NCBI GenBank assembly: GCA_963758635.1
Contig: CAVWWD010000005.1
Coordinates: 480,001-544,000 of the forward strand
DNA from: an uncultured Candidatus Rokubacteria bacterium
GTDB lineage: Bacteria > Methylomirabilota > Methylomirabilia > Rokubacteriales > CSP1-6
Direction of reading: 5' to 3'
DNA length: 64,000 bases
The translations under genes and the position numbers were made by a program. Shown here one piece after another: positions 19,958-29,684 of the stretch (position 1 is the stretch's first letter; the number at the start of each line of letters is the position of its first letter). The notes under the pieces were generated by a model that did not search any database, was not told where the DNA came from, and saw nothing but the letters and a program-made list of their open reading frames with translations.

Positions 19958-21648
19958 CGCCGCTGGAATTCCGGCGAGGCGATGGCGAGCGCGACCACGC
20001 GCGCGAGGTCGGGCGCCGACCGGCCCTCCCCGCCCGCCGCGAGCCGGCGTGCCATCGTCGCGCGCGTCTCGGCCGAGACCCCGCCCGGCAGCAGCCGCGA
20101 CACGACCCGCTCCAGCGCCTGGTCGGGGTCCTGTCCCTCGAGGCTCCGGGTGAGCGTCGAGAGGTCCACGCGGACCCCGGGCTGGCGGTTGGCCGCGAGC
20201 GCCGCGGCGAAGTTCATCCGGCCGACCAGCCCGCCCGCGTTCACCCAGGCCTCGGCGCGGTCGGCGTACCCGGTGGGAGGCTGCGCCTCGTAGAGCGGCT
20301 GCCCGAGCCGGGTGACGGCCCGGGCGAGAGTCGCCGCGCCGCCCCCGACGAGGGCACGCTCGAGCGTCGCCGCGGTCCCGGCGCCCACCGGCTCCGGAAG
20401 CTGGCCGCCAAGCGCGCGGACGGCGCTGGCCACCAGCTCGAGCGGAGTCTTCACCTTCGCGCGGAAAGCCGCGTCGGAGAAGAACTCCCGGGACGTGACG
20501 ATCGACTCCACCACCGCGCGGATATCGCCATCGGTGCGGGCGAAGGTGCGGGCGGCGCGCTCGACCACGGCGGGAGGAGGATCGTCGCTGACGAGCTTCC
20601 GCGCCAGCTTGGTGGCCACGAACCGCGCCGTGGACGGATGGCGGGAGAGGATCTCGATCACGCGGACGCCGTCCTGCTCGCCGCCACCCGGGGCGATCAC
20701 GTGCCCGAGGACCCGCTTGCCGCCGCGGTCGTGGGCCCGGGGCCGGAACACGAAGCGGCCTTCCTCCTGCGGGCGCTCGATGCTCCACCCGGTGAAGCAG
20801 CGCGCGACCTCGACCACGTCCTCCTGGGTGTAGCCCCCGTCCACGCCCAGCGTGTGCAGCTCCATCAGCTCGCGGGCGTAGTTCTCGTTGAGCCCGGCCC
20901 TCAGGCCCCCCGCGGGCCCCGACGGCAGGTCGGCCCGGACGGAGATCCAGTTGTCGAGGTAGTAGAGCATCGCCGGATGCCGCGCGGTGGCGAGGACGAG
21001 GTCCGCGAATCGCCCCAGCGCGTGCGGGCGGATGGCGTCGCGCTCGTAGCTGGTCACCATCCAGCGCACGCTGGACTTCTGCGCGTACACGTTGAAGTGG
21101 TTGAACCAGAAGTCGACCATGACCTCCTGGAGCTGGCGCTCGCTCGTCACCGCCCGGGCGATCTTCGCGGCCTGCAGCTCGGCCACGATCCGGCCCGGCG
21201 CGCGGTCGGCCGGAGGCGTCTCGCGGAGCGCCGGTGGGCTCATGTCGAGGGCCTGCCGGCGCTGGGCGTCGCTCGGGGAGACGCGCGGATACTCGCGGAG
21301 CAGGTCGGAGGTCGCCATCGAGAGCGTCCGGTACGTGGCGAGCGCCTGCTCGGCCGCCGCGTCGGGGATGCTCTCGGGGCGGAGCTGGGCGTCGATGTAG
21401 CGGGCCAGGCCCATGGCCCTCACCCGCTCGACGTCGCCCGGGCGCGGCCCGTAGCCGAGCCGGCTCAGCACGTGGACGATGCGGTCGGTCTCGCCGAGCG
21501 TCGTGGGCGGAGGCGCGAGGCCGGCGGGCGGCGCCTCCGCGACCGGCGCGGCCGGCGGGACGGTGCCGCACCCCCACCCCGCCACCGCCAGCGCCAGGGC
21601 CAGGACGGTCAGTCGCATACGGACGCTGGGACGGAGGGGTGTATCCAT
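19954..21648 (-). CDS. DUF1800 domain protein (probable lipoprotein)
   Basis: FWFNHFN, AMLYYLDN, NENYARELMELHTLG and SPEFQRR; the start may be ATG 21618. Confidence 0.9.
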   Translation of the reverse strand: MDTPLRPSVRMRLTVLALALAVAGWGCGTVPPAAPVAEAPPAGLAPPPTTLGETDRIVHVLSRLGYGPRPGDVERVRAMGLARYIDAQLRPESIPDAAAEQALATYRTLSMATSDLLREYPRVSPSDAQRRQALDMSPPALRETPPADRAPGRIVAELQAAKIARAVTSERQLQEVMVDFWFNHFNVYAQKSSVRWMVTSYERDAIRPHALGRFADLVLATARHPAMLYYLDNWISVRADLPSGPAGGLRAGLNENYARELMELHTLGVDGGYTQEDVVEVARCFTGWSIERPQEEGRFVFRPRAHDRGGKRVLGHVIAPGGGEQDGVRVIEILSRHPSTARFVATKLARKLVSDDPPPAVVERAARTFARTDGDIRAVVESIVTSREFFSDAAFRAKVKTPLELVASAVRALGGQLPEPVGAGTAATLERALVGGGAATLARAVTRLGQPLYEAQPPTGYADRAEAWVNAGGLVGRMNFAAALAANRQPGVRVDLSTLTRSLEGQDPDQALERVVSRLLPGGVSAETRATMARRLAAGGEGRSAPDLARVVALAIASPEFQRR

Positions 21649-21673
21649 TCGTTTACACGTGGCCGTAGCCGCC

Positions 21674-22426
21674 TCAGACGAACCCGTACGCCGACCATCC
21701 GCCGTCGACGGTGAGGATCTCCCCCGTGACGTAGGCGGCCGCGTCCGAGGCCAGGAAGACGGCGATCTCCCCCATCTCCTCGGCGGTGCCCAGCCGGCCC
21801 ATCGGCGTCCGCCGCACGAGGCGCTCGGTGTCGAGGAGGCCGCGGCCCGAGAGGTCGCGGATCATCTCGGTCTCCACGTAGCCGGGCGCGATCGCGTTCA
21901 CGCGCACGCCGCGCGCCGCCCACTCGATGGCCATGACCTTCGTCATCATGTCGAGCCCGGCCTTCGGCACGCAGTACGCCAGGCGCTGGGGAAAGGGCAT
22001 GCGCCCGGTGATCGAGCTCACGTGGATGATCGTGCCACGGCCGCGAGCGAGCATGCCGCCCACCAGGGCCTGGGTGAGCAGGAAGATCGACGTGAGGTTC
22101 AGCTCGAGCCCGTAGCGGTAGTCGGCCTCGGCCAGCGACTCCGTGGGCGCCACCACCGTCTTGCCCGCGTTGTTCACGAGGATGTCCACGGCGCCCAGCG
22201 CGGCCTCGGCCTCGCGGGCCAGGCGGCGCACGTCGTCGGCGCGGGTGAGGTCCGCGGCGACCGGCACCACCGTAGGCCCCAGCTCGCGGGCGAGGGCGGC
22301 GCAGTCGGCCTCGGTGCGGGAGTTCACGACGACGCGCGCGCCCTCGCGCACGTAGGCGCGCGCGATGCCGAGACCGATGCCCTTGGTCGAGCCGGTCACG
22401 ACCGCGGTCTTGCCCGCGAGCCTCAA
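21674..22426 (-). CDS. SDR family oxidoreductase
   Basis: TGSTKGIG, NNAG, YCVPK and VNAIAPG motifs. Confidence 0.92.
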   Translation of the reverse strand: MRLAGKTAVVTGSTKGIGLGIARAYVREGARVVVNSRTEADCAALARELGPTVVPVAADLTRADDVRRLAREAEAALGAVDILVNNAGKTVVAPTESLAEADYRYGLELNLTSIFLLTQALVGGMLARGRGTIIHVSSITGRMPFPQRLAYCVPKAGLDMMTKVMAIEWAARGVRVNAIAPGYVETEMIRDLSGRGLLDTERLVRRTPMGRLGTAEEMGEIAVFLASDAAAYVTGEILTVDGGWSAYGFV

Positions 22427-22430
22427 TGGC

Positions 22431-23456
22431 TTACGGGAACACCGCGACCTTGATCGACTCCGGGGCGCGATGGGCCTCGAAGGCGGAGGCGATGGCGTCG
22501 AGCGCGACGCGGTGAGTGAGAAGCGGCCCCGTGGTCACGGCGCCCGTGGCGAGGAGGCGGATCGCCTCGGGGAACTCGTCCTGGTAGATCATCGAGCCCA
22601 GGATCGCGAGCTCGCGGCGCACCACGGGGAAGAAGTGCACGTGCGATGGCTCGTGGGGGAGCCCGGTGAGGACGATCCGCCCGCCCGGGCGCGCCAGCTC
22701 CACCGCCTGCTCGACGGCCGCGGCCGTCCCCGCCGTCTCGATCACCAGGTCCACGCCCTCGCGCCCCGAGAAGGCGCGGGCCGCCTCGCCGTGGCCACCG
22801 CCCAGCGTGGTCGCGACCGCCTCGGCGCCGACCTTCCGGGCCACGTCGAGCCGCCGCTCCGTGCGTCCCACCGCGAGGACGCGAAGCCCGCTGGCGCGCA
22901 GCGCCTGGACGGCGAGGAGCCCCAGCGTCCCCGCCCCCACCACCGCCGCGGACTGGCCCGGACGCGCGTCGCCCCGACGGACCGCGCGGGCCACCACGGC
23001 CAGCGGCTCGGCGAACAGGAGCGCGTCGTCGGCAAGGTGGGCGGGCGCGGGCCAGCAGAGGCGCGCGGGCACCCGTACCTCGTCGGCGAAGCCACCGTCC
23101 TCGTCGATGCCCACGGTGACGCGGCGGAGGCAGAGGTTCCGGTTGCCCTCGACGCAGAGCGGGCAGTGGCCGCACGCGTAGTTGGGCTCGACCGCGACCT
23201 TGTCGCCGGCGCGGACGTTGTCGACGCCGGCCCCCGTCGCCACCACGCGCCCGACCATCTCGTGCCCCATGACGAGCGGGTAGCGTACCGGACGGTCGCC
23301 GTTCCAGATGCGGTAGTCGGTGCCGCACAGGCCCGAGCCGATCACCCGCACCACCGCTTCCCCGGGGCCGGGGGACGCCGCCGCCCGCTCCTCGACGGTG
23401 AGCGCGCGAGGACCGTGGAGCAGGGCCGCGCGCACGCGCCGGGACTCCGCCGTCAT
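22431..23456 (-). CDS. Zinc-binding alcohol dehydrogenase
   Basis: GLCGTD, GHE, CGHCPLC...NLC and GAGTLG motifs. Confidence 0.92.
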   Translation of the reverse strand: MTAESRRVRAALLHGPRALTVEERAAASPGPGEAVVRVIGSGLCGTDYRIWNGDRPVRYPLVMGHEMVGRVVATGAGVDNVRAGDKVAVEPNYACGHCPLCVEGNRNLCLRRVTVGIDEDGGFADEVRVPARLCWPAPAHLADDALLFAEPLAVVARAVRRGDARPGQSAAVVGAGTLGLLAVQALRASGLRVLAVGRTERRLDVARKVGAEAVATTLGGGHGEAARAFSGREGVDLVIETAGTAAAVEQAVELARPGGRIVLTGLPHEPSHVHFFPVVRRELAILGSMIYQDEFPEAIRLLATGAVTTGPLLTHRVALDAIASAFEAHRAPESIKVAVFP

Positions 23457-23459
23457 GCC

Positions 23460-25259
23460 TCAGGCGTACAGCCCGTCGATCACGGACTCGTACGTCTCGC
23501 GGATGACCTTGCGCTTGACCTTGAGGGTGGGCGTGAGCATGCCGTTGTCGACCGTGAAGTCCTCGGGGAGGATCTGGAACTTCTTGATCTTCGCGTAGGA
23601 CTGGAGATCGGCGTTCCGCGTCTCCACGATCTTCGAGACCCGCCCCACCACGCGCGGATGCTTGCAGAGCGCCGTGGCGTCCGGCACGGCGATGCCCTCG
23701 GCCTTGGCGAAGGCGGTGAGCTCCTCCGGGTTGAGCGTGATGAGGGCCACCGGGTACGGCCGCTTGTCGCCGTAGACCAGCACCTGGCTGATGAACGGGT
23801 CGCCCTTGAGGAGGTTCTCGATGTTCTGCGGAGCGATGTTGATGCCGCCCGCGGTGATGATCAGGTCCTTCTTCCGGTCCGTGATGAAGAGGAACCCATC
23901 CTCGTCCATCCGCCCGATGTCGCCGGTGGCGAACCATCCGTCGGACAGGAACACCTCGGCGGTGGCGTCGGGCTTCTTGAAGTAGCCTCGGGCGATGTTC
24001 GGGCCGCGGCCCAGGATCTCGCCGTCGGGGGCGATCTTCACCTCGAGGCCGGGCAGCGGCTGTCCGACCGAGCCGAACTTGAAGTGGGTGGGGCGGTTGA
24101 ACGTGAGGACGGGGCACGTCTCGGTGAGGCCGTAGCCCTCGAGGATCAGGACGCCGGCCCCGTGGAAGAACTGCGCGATCTCCGGAGACAGCGGCGCGCC
24201 GCCGGAGACGGCGAAGCGCAGGCGGCCCCCGAGGGCGGCCTGCATCTTCCCGAACACGAGCTTCTCGGCGATCCGGTACTTGAGGCCGAGCAGGCCGGGC
24301 ACGGGCTGGCGCGCCTGCTTGAGCTTCGAGACCTGCTGGCCCACGGAGACGGCCCAGTGGAAGATCTTCCGCTTGAGCGGCGAGCCCGCCTCCGCGCGCG
24401 CGAGGACGCCCGCGTACACCTTCTCGAACACGCGCGGCACCGCGCAGATGAAGTGCGGGCGCACCTCGGGGAGGTTCTCGCGCAGCTTGTCGATGCTCTC
24501 GGCGAAGGCGGTGGTGAGCCCCCGGTACACGCCGGTGAAGCTCTCGAGCCGCCCGAACGAGTGCGCGAGGGGCAGGAACAGGAGGTGCACGTCCGCCTCA
24601 TCGACGGCCATGGTCTGGCCGGACGAGCCGAGCGCGGCCATGTGGTTGCCGTGCGTCTGGACCACGCCCTTGGGAGGGCCGGTGGTGCCCGACGTGTAGA
24701 CGATGGTGGCCGTCTCGTCCGGCTTGCCCTCGGCGATGCGGCGGTCCAGCTCCTCCCGGACGGCGGCGAGGCCCTGTCGTCCCTGCTCGCGGAGCGCCGC
24801 CCACGTGAGGAGCCGGCCCCCGGGCTCCTTGAGGTCGGGCCCGTCGAGGACCACGATCTGCTCGAGGCCGCTCATCTTCCCGCGCACCTCCAGCACCTTC
24901 GCGAGCTGGGTGGGGTCCTCGACGATCAGCGTCTTCACGCCGGCGTCGTTGACGATGTACTGGACGAGGTCGGACGGATACGTCGGGTAGATCGGGATCG
25001 TCACGCCGCCGATCGAGAAGATGGCGAAGTCGGCCTGCACCCACTCGGGGCGGCCGCCCGCGAGGATCGCGACCGCATCGCCCCGCTTGCGGCCGAGGCC
25101 GATGAGGCCGGCGGCGACCTCGCGCACCGCGTCGCCCACCTGGCGCCAGGTCGCGGTCTGCCAGGCGCCCCCGCGCTTCCACTGCTGGGCGGGCTTGTCC
25201 CCGCTCTTCCCGACGCGGTCCCAGAACATCTTCGCCAGCGTGTCGTGAGCCATGGTCAC
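23460..25259 (-). CDS. Long-chain fatty acid-CoA ligase
   Basis: YTSGTTGPPKG, EGYGLTET, TGDIG and TPTLKVKR motifs. Confidence 0.92.
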   Translation of the reverse strand: MTMAHDTLAKMFWDRVGKSGDKPAQQWKRGGAWQTATWRQVGDAVREVAAGLIGLGRKRGDAVAILAGGRPEWVQADFAIFSIGGVTIPIYPTYPSDLVQYIVNDAGVKTLIVEDPTQLAKVLEVRGKMSGLEQIVVLDGPDLKEPGGRLLTWAALREQGRQGLAAVREELDRRIAEGKPDETATIVYTSGTTGPPKGVVQTHGNHMAALGSSGQTMAVDEADVHLLFLPLAHSFGRLESFTGVYRGLTTAFAESIDKLRENLPEVRPHFICAVPRVFEKVYAGVLARAEAGSPLKRKIFHWAVSVGQQVSKLKQARQPVPGLLGLKYRIAEKLVFGKMQAALGGRLRFAVSGGAPLSPEIAQFFHGAGVLILEGYGLTETCPVLTFNRPTHFKFGSVGQPLPGLEVKIAPDGEILGRGPNIARGYFKKPDATAEVFLSDGWFATGDIGRMDEDGFLFITDRKKDLIITAGGINIAPQNIENLLKGDPFISQVLVYGDKRPYPVALITLNPEELTAFAKAEGIAVPDATALCKHPRVVGRVSKIVETRNADLQSYAKIKKFQILPEDFTVDNGMLTPTLKVKRKVIRETYESVIDGLYA

Positions 25260-25299
25260 CTCCGCATGGTCGCCGGTGACGCTACGCCCGCATCGTTAC

Positions 25300-25377
25300 T
25301 GAGCCCCGCGCATCAGACCAATGCCGAACGGTGGGACGGTAGAGGCCCGTGGCGGTTACCGTACCCGGTGAAAGTCA
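25300..25377 (-). repeat. ~78-bp dispersed element (family C, copy 1)
   Basis: Minus strand TGAC...CGGTAACCGCCACGGGCCTCTACCGTCCCACCG...GTCTGATGCGCGGGGCTC. Confidence 0.85.
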
Positions 25378-25800
25378 TCAGCGGACGACGAGCTGATCCA
25401 TCTCGATGGCGAGCGAGGCGGCCCGGAAACGGCCGTGCACCTGCGCTCGCGTGCCCTCGGGAGGGATGGCGGCGGCCCGGCCCCCGGCGCGTACGCTGCC
25501 CACGGGCATCGCGACCACCCAGACGCCCGCGCGCCCGTCCATCAGCAGGAACATCGGCACCACGTCCTGGTAGGGCGGGTTGCCGAGCACGGTCACCTGC
25601 CGGTACTGCGGGGGCCCGGTGACGCCGTCGACGGCCACGCGCGTGTCGTTGTACCGCCAGGGATCGGAGAGGAGCACGCCCACGCTGACCGGATCGCTCG
25701 GGTTCTCCGGCGCGGCGGCGGCCGGCCCGGCGCCGCTCCCCGCCGCGAGCGCGAGGGCCACGATCAGCGCGGCGAGCCGCCGGACCCGACCGGACGCCAT
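25378..25800 (-). CDS. Exported hypothetical protein, possible OB-fold
   Basis: Signal peptide; LLSDPWRYNDTRVAVDG...AQVHGRF; TGATG overlap with the upstream gene. Confidence 0.6.
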   Translation of the reverse strand: MASGRVRRLAALIVALALAAGSGAGPAAAAPENPSDPVSVGVLLSDPWRYNDTRVAVDGVTGPPQYRQVTVLGNPPYQDVVPMFLLMDGRAGVWVVAMPVGSVRAGGRAAAIPPEGTRAQVHGRFRAASLAIEMDQLVVR

Positions 25801-26111
25801 CACCGCATCGACACGCGGAACGCGTCGATGTAGCTGCCCACCATGTTCCACGTGCCCTCCACCTCCACCCGGTCGCCGGAGCGGATCGCCTGCTGCGGTG
25901 GCGCGAGCACGCGCACGTGCGCGCCCGCCTCTATGAGCAGGAACCCCTGGCGGCCCCCCGCCGCGGGCTCGATGAGCCCGACGGTGCCGTGGACGAGGAC
26001 GGGGCGCCGGTCGAAACGCGCGGAGTCGCGGAGGATCTGCCCGAGCGGCTGGGCCTCGGCGACGCCGGCCACGGAGATCGCGAACGCGAGGAGCCAGGCC
26101 GCGATTCGCAC
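25800..26111 (-). CDS. Exported hypothetical protein, possible OB-fold
   Basis: GTG start after GAGGGAG; signal peptide; ILRDSARFDRRPVLVHGTV...GDRVEVEG. Confidence 0.6.
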   Translation of the reverse strand: MRIAAWLLAFAISVAGVAEAQPLGQILRDSARFDRRPVLVHGTVGLIEPAAGGRQGFLLIEAGAHVRVLAPPQQAIRSGDRVEVEGTWNMVGSYIDAFRVSMR

Positions 26112-26118
26112 GGCTCCC

Positions 26119-26616
26119 TCACCTCTCCCGGCGCTTCTCCAGGCGTTCTTCCAGCGCGCGGAGCTGCTCGCGAAGCGCCACCACCTCGTCCTTGAGGCTG
26201 TCGCCGTCGGCCGGCTTGTCCGGCTTGGCGTCAGCCGCCGGCTCCGGGGCGTGCGGCACCGTCCAGCCCCCGCGCGAGGCCCATTCACGGACCACCCGGT
26301 CGACCTCCCGCTGGCTCGTGATGATGGACTCGAGGCTCGACCGGAACGACTTCTGGACGAAGTCCTGCCACACCTCGCCGTGCTTGATGAGCTGATGGAG
26401 GAACGACGGCGGGAGCGAGGTGCGGTGGTTGCGCTCCTTCTCGAGGATGATCTGAGCCAGGGTCACCGACGTGAGGTCCTCGCCGGTCGACACGTCGACC
26501 ACCGAGATCTCCTTGCCGGCGCGGATCAGCTCCTCGAGCTCCTCCAGCGTGACGTAGCGGCTCTCCTGCGTGTCGTAGAGCTTCCGGTTGGAGTACCGCT
26601 TGATGACGTACGCCAT
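26119..26616 (-). CDS. phaR: PHA synthesis regulator
   Basis: IKRYSNRKLYDTQESRYVTL...TGEDLTSVTLAQII DNA-binding domain. Confidence 0.92.
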   Translation of the reverse strand: MAYVIKRYSNRKLYDTQESRYVTLEELEELIRAGKEISVVDVSTGEDLTSVTLAQIILEKERNHRTSLPPSFLHQLIKHGEVWQDFVQKSFRSSLESIITSQREVDRVVREWASRGGWTVPHAPEPAADAKPDKPADGDSLKDEVVALREQLRALEERLEKRRER

Positions 26617-26712
26617 ACGCGGCGAAGTCTAACACCCTGCGTCAGGGGCGACAAGGCCGCGGCCGGCGCGGCCGGCGCGGCAGGCGCGGCCGGCGCGGAT
26701 GGCCGCGGAACG

Positions 26713-27279
26713 CTAGGCGCGCTGCGGCGGGGGCCCGGGCGGCTCGGCGGCCGCGGCGAAGCTCGCGAGGACCGCGGCCCCGTCCATCGCCCACGCCCAC
26801 GGCTCGAGCGCCCACGCCGTCCACAGGCCGACGAGGTCCAGCGGCCGGCGATAGACCACGGGGGTCCGCGACGGCATCACCAGGGCCTCGCCGGTGAGGA
26901 CCTCCTCGCCCCGCTGGTTCCGGCACACCGTGCGGAGGCGCACGCGGTTCCGCTCGCGGCTGGTCTCGATGACCTGCACGCGGGCCCGGATGGCGTCTCC
27001 GAGCTTCACGGGACGCAGGAACCTGAGGTCCTGGGACACGTAGATGGTGCCGGGGCCGGGCAGCCGCGTCCCGATCACGGCGGAGATCAGCCCGGCCGTC
27101 CAGATGCCGGGAGCGATCCGCTCCTTGAACGTGCTGTCCGCCGCGTACGCCGGATCGGAGTGGATGGGGTTGTCGTCGCCCACCGCGTCCACGAAGCCCG
27201 CGATGTCCCGCTCGGCGGCGACGCGGACGATCTCCGCCTCGTCGCCTTCCTCGATCTGGTCGATCGTGAGCCCGATCAT
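26713..27279 (-). CDS. MaoC-family (R)-specific enoyl-CoA hydratase (PhaJ-like)
   Basis: GDDNPIH and LPGPGTIYVSQDLRFLRPV motifs. Confidence 0.85.
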   Translation of the reverse strand: MIGLTIDQIEEGDEAEIVRVAAERDIAGFVDAVGDDNPIHSDPAYAADSTFKERIAPGIWTAGLISAVIGTRLPGPGTIYVSQDLRFLRPVKLGDAIRARVQVIETSRERNRVRLRTVCRNQRGEEVLTGEALVMPSRTPVVYRRPLDLVGLWTAWALEPWAWAMDGAAVLASFAAAAEPPGPPPQRA

Positions 27280-27314
27280 CGCGCCCCGGGCCGCGGTCCC
27301 GCGCCGAGGGCCTC

Positions 27315-27896
27315 TCATGACCCTCGCAGAACACGGTAACCGCCACGGGCCCTTACCGTCCTACCGCTCGGCATTAGTCTGCTGCCCGAGGCTCTGAGCC
27401 GGGCGAGGACGGCGTCGAGGCGGTCCTCCACGCCCTCGATCTTCTCCTCGAGCTGGACGATCTGCTGGGCGATACCCGTCACCTGCGCGCGCGACGGCAT
27501 GCCGAGGCCGGCGAGCCCGGCCTCCTGCTGCTCCGCGGCGGCCTTCTTCGCGGGGCCCGCGCCGGCGAGGAATCCTTCGAGCTGCTTGCCCAGGAGCTTC
27601 GCGAAGCTCTCCGTGCCCATCGCCTGCTCGAGGGCCCGCGACCAGGCGGCGATCCACTGGTCGAGGAACTGCTTCCACTGGGTCATCAGCTCGGGCGACG
27701 CGGGGCCCTGCGTCATCACCTTCGACCACGCGGCGATCCCCTGGTCCATGAAGGGCTTCCAGAAGGCCTGCGGGTCCAGCGCGGCGGGGGCGCCGGCCAT
27801 CGGCGGCTGCCCCACCATGCGGAGCCAGGCCTGGGTGCCCTCGTCGATCTGGCGCCGCCACATCTCCATCAGGTCCGTGCCTGCCGCGTCCACCAT
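27315..27896 (-). CDS. PHA synthase accessory subunit (PhaE-like); last ~26 codons derive from a repeat
   Basis: Directly downstream of phaC; Trp-rich helices and LGMPSRAQV...QLEEKIEGVEDRL coiled coil. Confidence 0.7.
   Translation of the reverse strand: MVDAAGTDLMEMWRRQIDEGTQAWLRMVGQPPMAGAPAALDPQAFWKPFMDQGIAAWSKVMTQGPASPELMTQWKQFLDQWIAAWSRALEQAMGTESFAKLLGKQLEGFLAGAGPAKKAAAEQQEAGLAGLGMPSRAQVTGIAQQIVQLEEKIEGVEDRLDAVLARLRASGSRLMPSGRTVRARGGYRVLRGS
27318..27396 (+). repeat. Family C element, copy 2
   Basis: TGACCCTCGCAGAACACGGTAACCGCCACGGGCC...GTCTGCTGCCCGAGGCTC. Confidence 0.85.
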
Positions 27897-27909
27897 GACC
27901 GTCCCTCCT

Positions 27910-29010
27910 CTACGACCGGGCCTGGAGCCAGGACGACACCTTCGGCCAGCAGTGCACCGACGCGCCGCGCCCGGCGATGAGCGAGATGTGCCCGCCCGGG
28001 AGCTCGATGTACTCGCGATCCGTGCTGCCCACGGCGTCGATGAGCGGCTTGACGCAGCCCGGCGGCGCGATGTTGTCCTCGCGCGCCCCCACCGCCAGCA
28101 CGGGACACGTGATGCGGCGGAGGTCGACGGGACGGTCGCCCAGGCGCAGCTCGCCCTGGACCAGCCGGTTCTGCTGGTAGAACTCCTTCACCCACTGGCG
28201 GAAGAACTCGCCGGGGAACGGCATGTATTCGTTCGCCCACTTGTTGAGCGCGTTGAAGCCGGACACGTACTCCGGGTTCCACAGGTTCCACCAGAGGTTC
28301 AGGTTGGTGGACAGGTCCATCGTCGGCTTCAGGAGCTTGAACCCCAGACGGACCATGTCCGCGGGAATGCTGCCGAGGGTGTCCACGTAGCGGTCCACGT
28401 CGAAGTACCGCGCGTCCAGCCACTGGCCGAAGAGCCCGACGCGCGAGAAGTCGAACGGGCCGGCCATGTTGATGAAGTTCTTCACCGGGAACTCGGGATG
28501 CGTGGCGAGGAAGCTCGCGGACAGCGGCGCGCCCATGCAGTAGCCCAGCACCGACATCTCGCGCGCCCCGGACGACTGCAGCGCCTTGGCGGCGAGCCGG
28601 GGCAGGAGCGAGGTCACGACCTCCGTCACGTCGAGGCCATTGTCCTCCGGTCCGAAGATCCCCCAGTCGACCAGGTAGAAGTCGAAGCCCTGGCCGGTCA
28701 TGAACTCGACGAACGAGCCGCCGCGCATGAGGTCGAAGATATACGGCCGGCTGATGCCGAGGTTGGGCACGAAGAGCAGCGGCGTCCGTACCGTCCGCCG
28801 CGAGGCGTACCGGTAGAGCCGGGACTTGTTCTTCTTGTAGATCACCTCGCGCGGCGTGGGCCCGACCTCGGGCTCCTTCGGGTTCATCACCATCTCGCCG
28901 AAGTTCTTCATGCGCAGGAAGTTTCGGCTGATCTCCTCGTGCCAGCGCGCGAGCACCTCCGGCGACACGCGGGGGGGATCGAGCGTCATCGTGAACTGTT
29001 CGTCCTTCAT
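27910..29010 (-). CDS. phaC: PHA synthase, class III/IV size
   Basis: 366 aa; VGPTPREV, lipase box GYCMG, Asp in REDNIAPP, His in PGGHIS, PGEFFRQW. Confidence 0.9.
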   Translation of the reverse strand: MKDEQFTMTLDPPRVSPEVLARWHEEISRNFLRMKNFGEMVMNPKEPEVGPTPREVIYKKNKSRLYRYASRRTVRTPLLFVPNLGISRPYIFDLMRGGSFVEFMTGQGFDFYLVDWGIFGPEDNGLDVTEVVTSLLPRLAAKALQSSGAREMSVLGYCMGAPLSASFLATHPEFPVKNFINMAGPFDFSRVGLFGQWLDARYFDVDRYVDTLGSIPADMVRLGFKLLKPTMDLSTNLNLWWNLWNPEYVSGFNALNKWANEYMPFPGEFFRQWVKEFYQQNRLVQGELRLGDRPVDLRRITCPVLAVGAREDNIAPPGCVKPLIDAVGSTDREYIELPGGHISLIAGRGASVHCWPKVSSWLQARS

Positions 29011-29105
29011 GCACGCCTCCGGGGATATGCCTTCGTGTGGGGGAGCATCGGGGTCATGTTACATCGTGATGACGCTCTGCGGCATTGCTTTGTGAGCCGA
29101 GCCGA

Positions 29106-29266
29106 CATATGGAAATGCCTTGGAACCAGGCCAGAAGACGGTTGCCGGCCATTTTGTGAACGCATATGGAAATGCCTTGGAACCAGGCCAGAAGACGGTT
29201 GCCGGCCATTTTGTGAACGCATATGGACATGCCCTGGAACCAGGCCAGAAGACGGTTGCCGGCCAT
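29106..29266 (+). repeat. Tandem array, 57-bp unit x ~2.8 (family A)
   Basis: CATATGGAAATGCCTTGGAACCAGGCCAGAAGACGGTTGCCGGCCATTTTGTGAACG at 29106 and 29163; partial, slightly diverged copy at 29220. Confidence 0.97.
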
Positions 29267-29331
29267 GCGGTAGCCAGAAGTCCGCCATCCGCGGCACGAG
29301 AGAGGGGGGGCCGGGCCCCCCCTCGAGAGTT

Positions 29332-29655
29332 CTAGACTGCGAAGAGCGAGCCCACCTTCATGGCGAGCCCCATGTCGCCCTTGATCTTGAGCTTGCCCGA
29401 CATGAACGCCATCTGGCCGGAGAGCTTCTTGGTGTCGACCATGTCGAGCCAGTCCTGCGACGACATGGTGAGCGAGAGGTTCGGGTTCGTCCCCGCCCCC
29501 GGGTTCACCTGGCACGCGCCGTCCTTGATCACGGCGTGCCAGGTCCCGCCCTGGTCGCCCGTGATGTCGTACTGGATGGTCGCGTCCACGCCCGCGGCCT
29601 TGGCCGGCTGGAACTTGCTTCCCATGTTGTCGAAGGTCTCCTTCACCGTCGCCAT
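29332..29655 (-). CDS. SCP2 sterol/lipid-binding domain protein
   Basis: IQYDITGDQGGTW...AFMSGKLKIKGDMGLAMK; SD AGGAGG. Confidence 0.92.
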   Translation of the reverse strand: MATVKETFDNMGSKFQPAKAAGVDATIQYDITGDQGGTWHAVIKDGACQVNPGAGTNPNLSLTMSSQDWLDMVDTKKLSGQMAFMSGKLKIKGDMGLAMKVGSLFAV

Positions 29656-29684
29656 CGGATCACCCTCCTGTTGGTGTCGACACC

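Noticed and set aside
22365..25622. Very long ORF-track entries such as the 1085-aa + strand ORF, and many other antisense or alternate-frame ORFs
   Set aside because: They are shadows of real genes caused by high-GC codon bias, Arg/Gly/Pro-rich and without motifs
26655..26710. GGCCGGCGCG low-complexity run
   Set aside because: Short GC-rich degenerate microsatellite with no further structure
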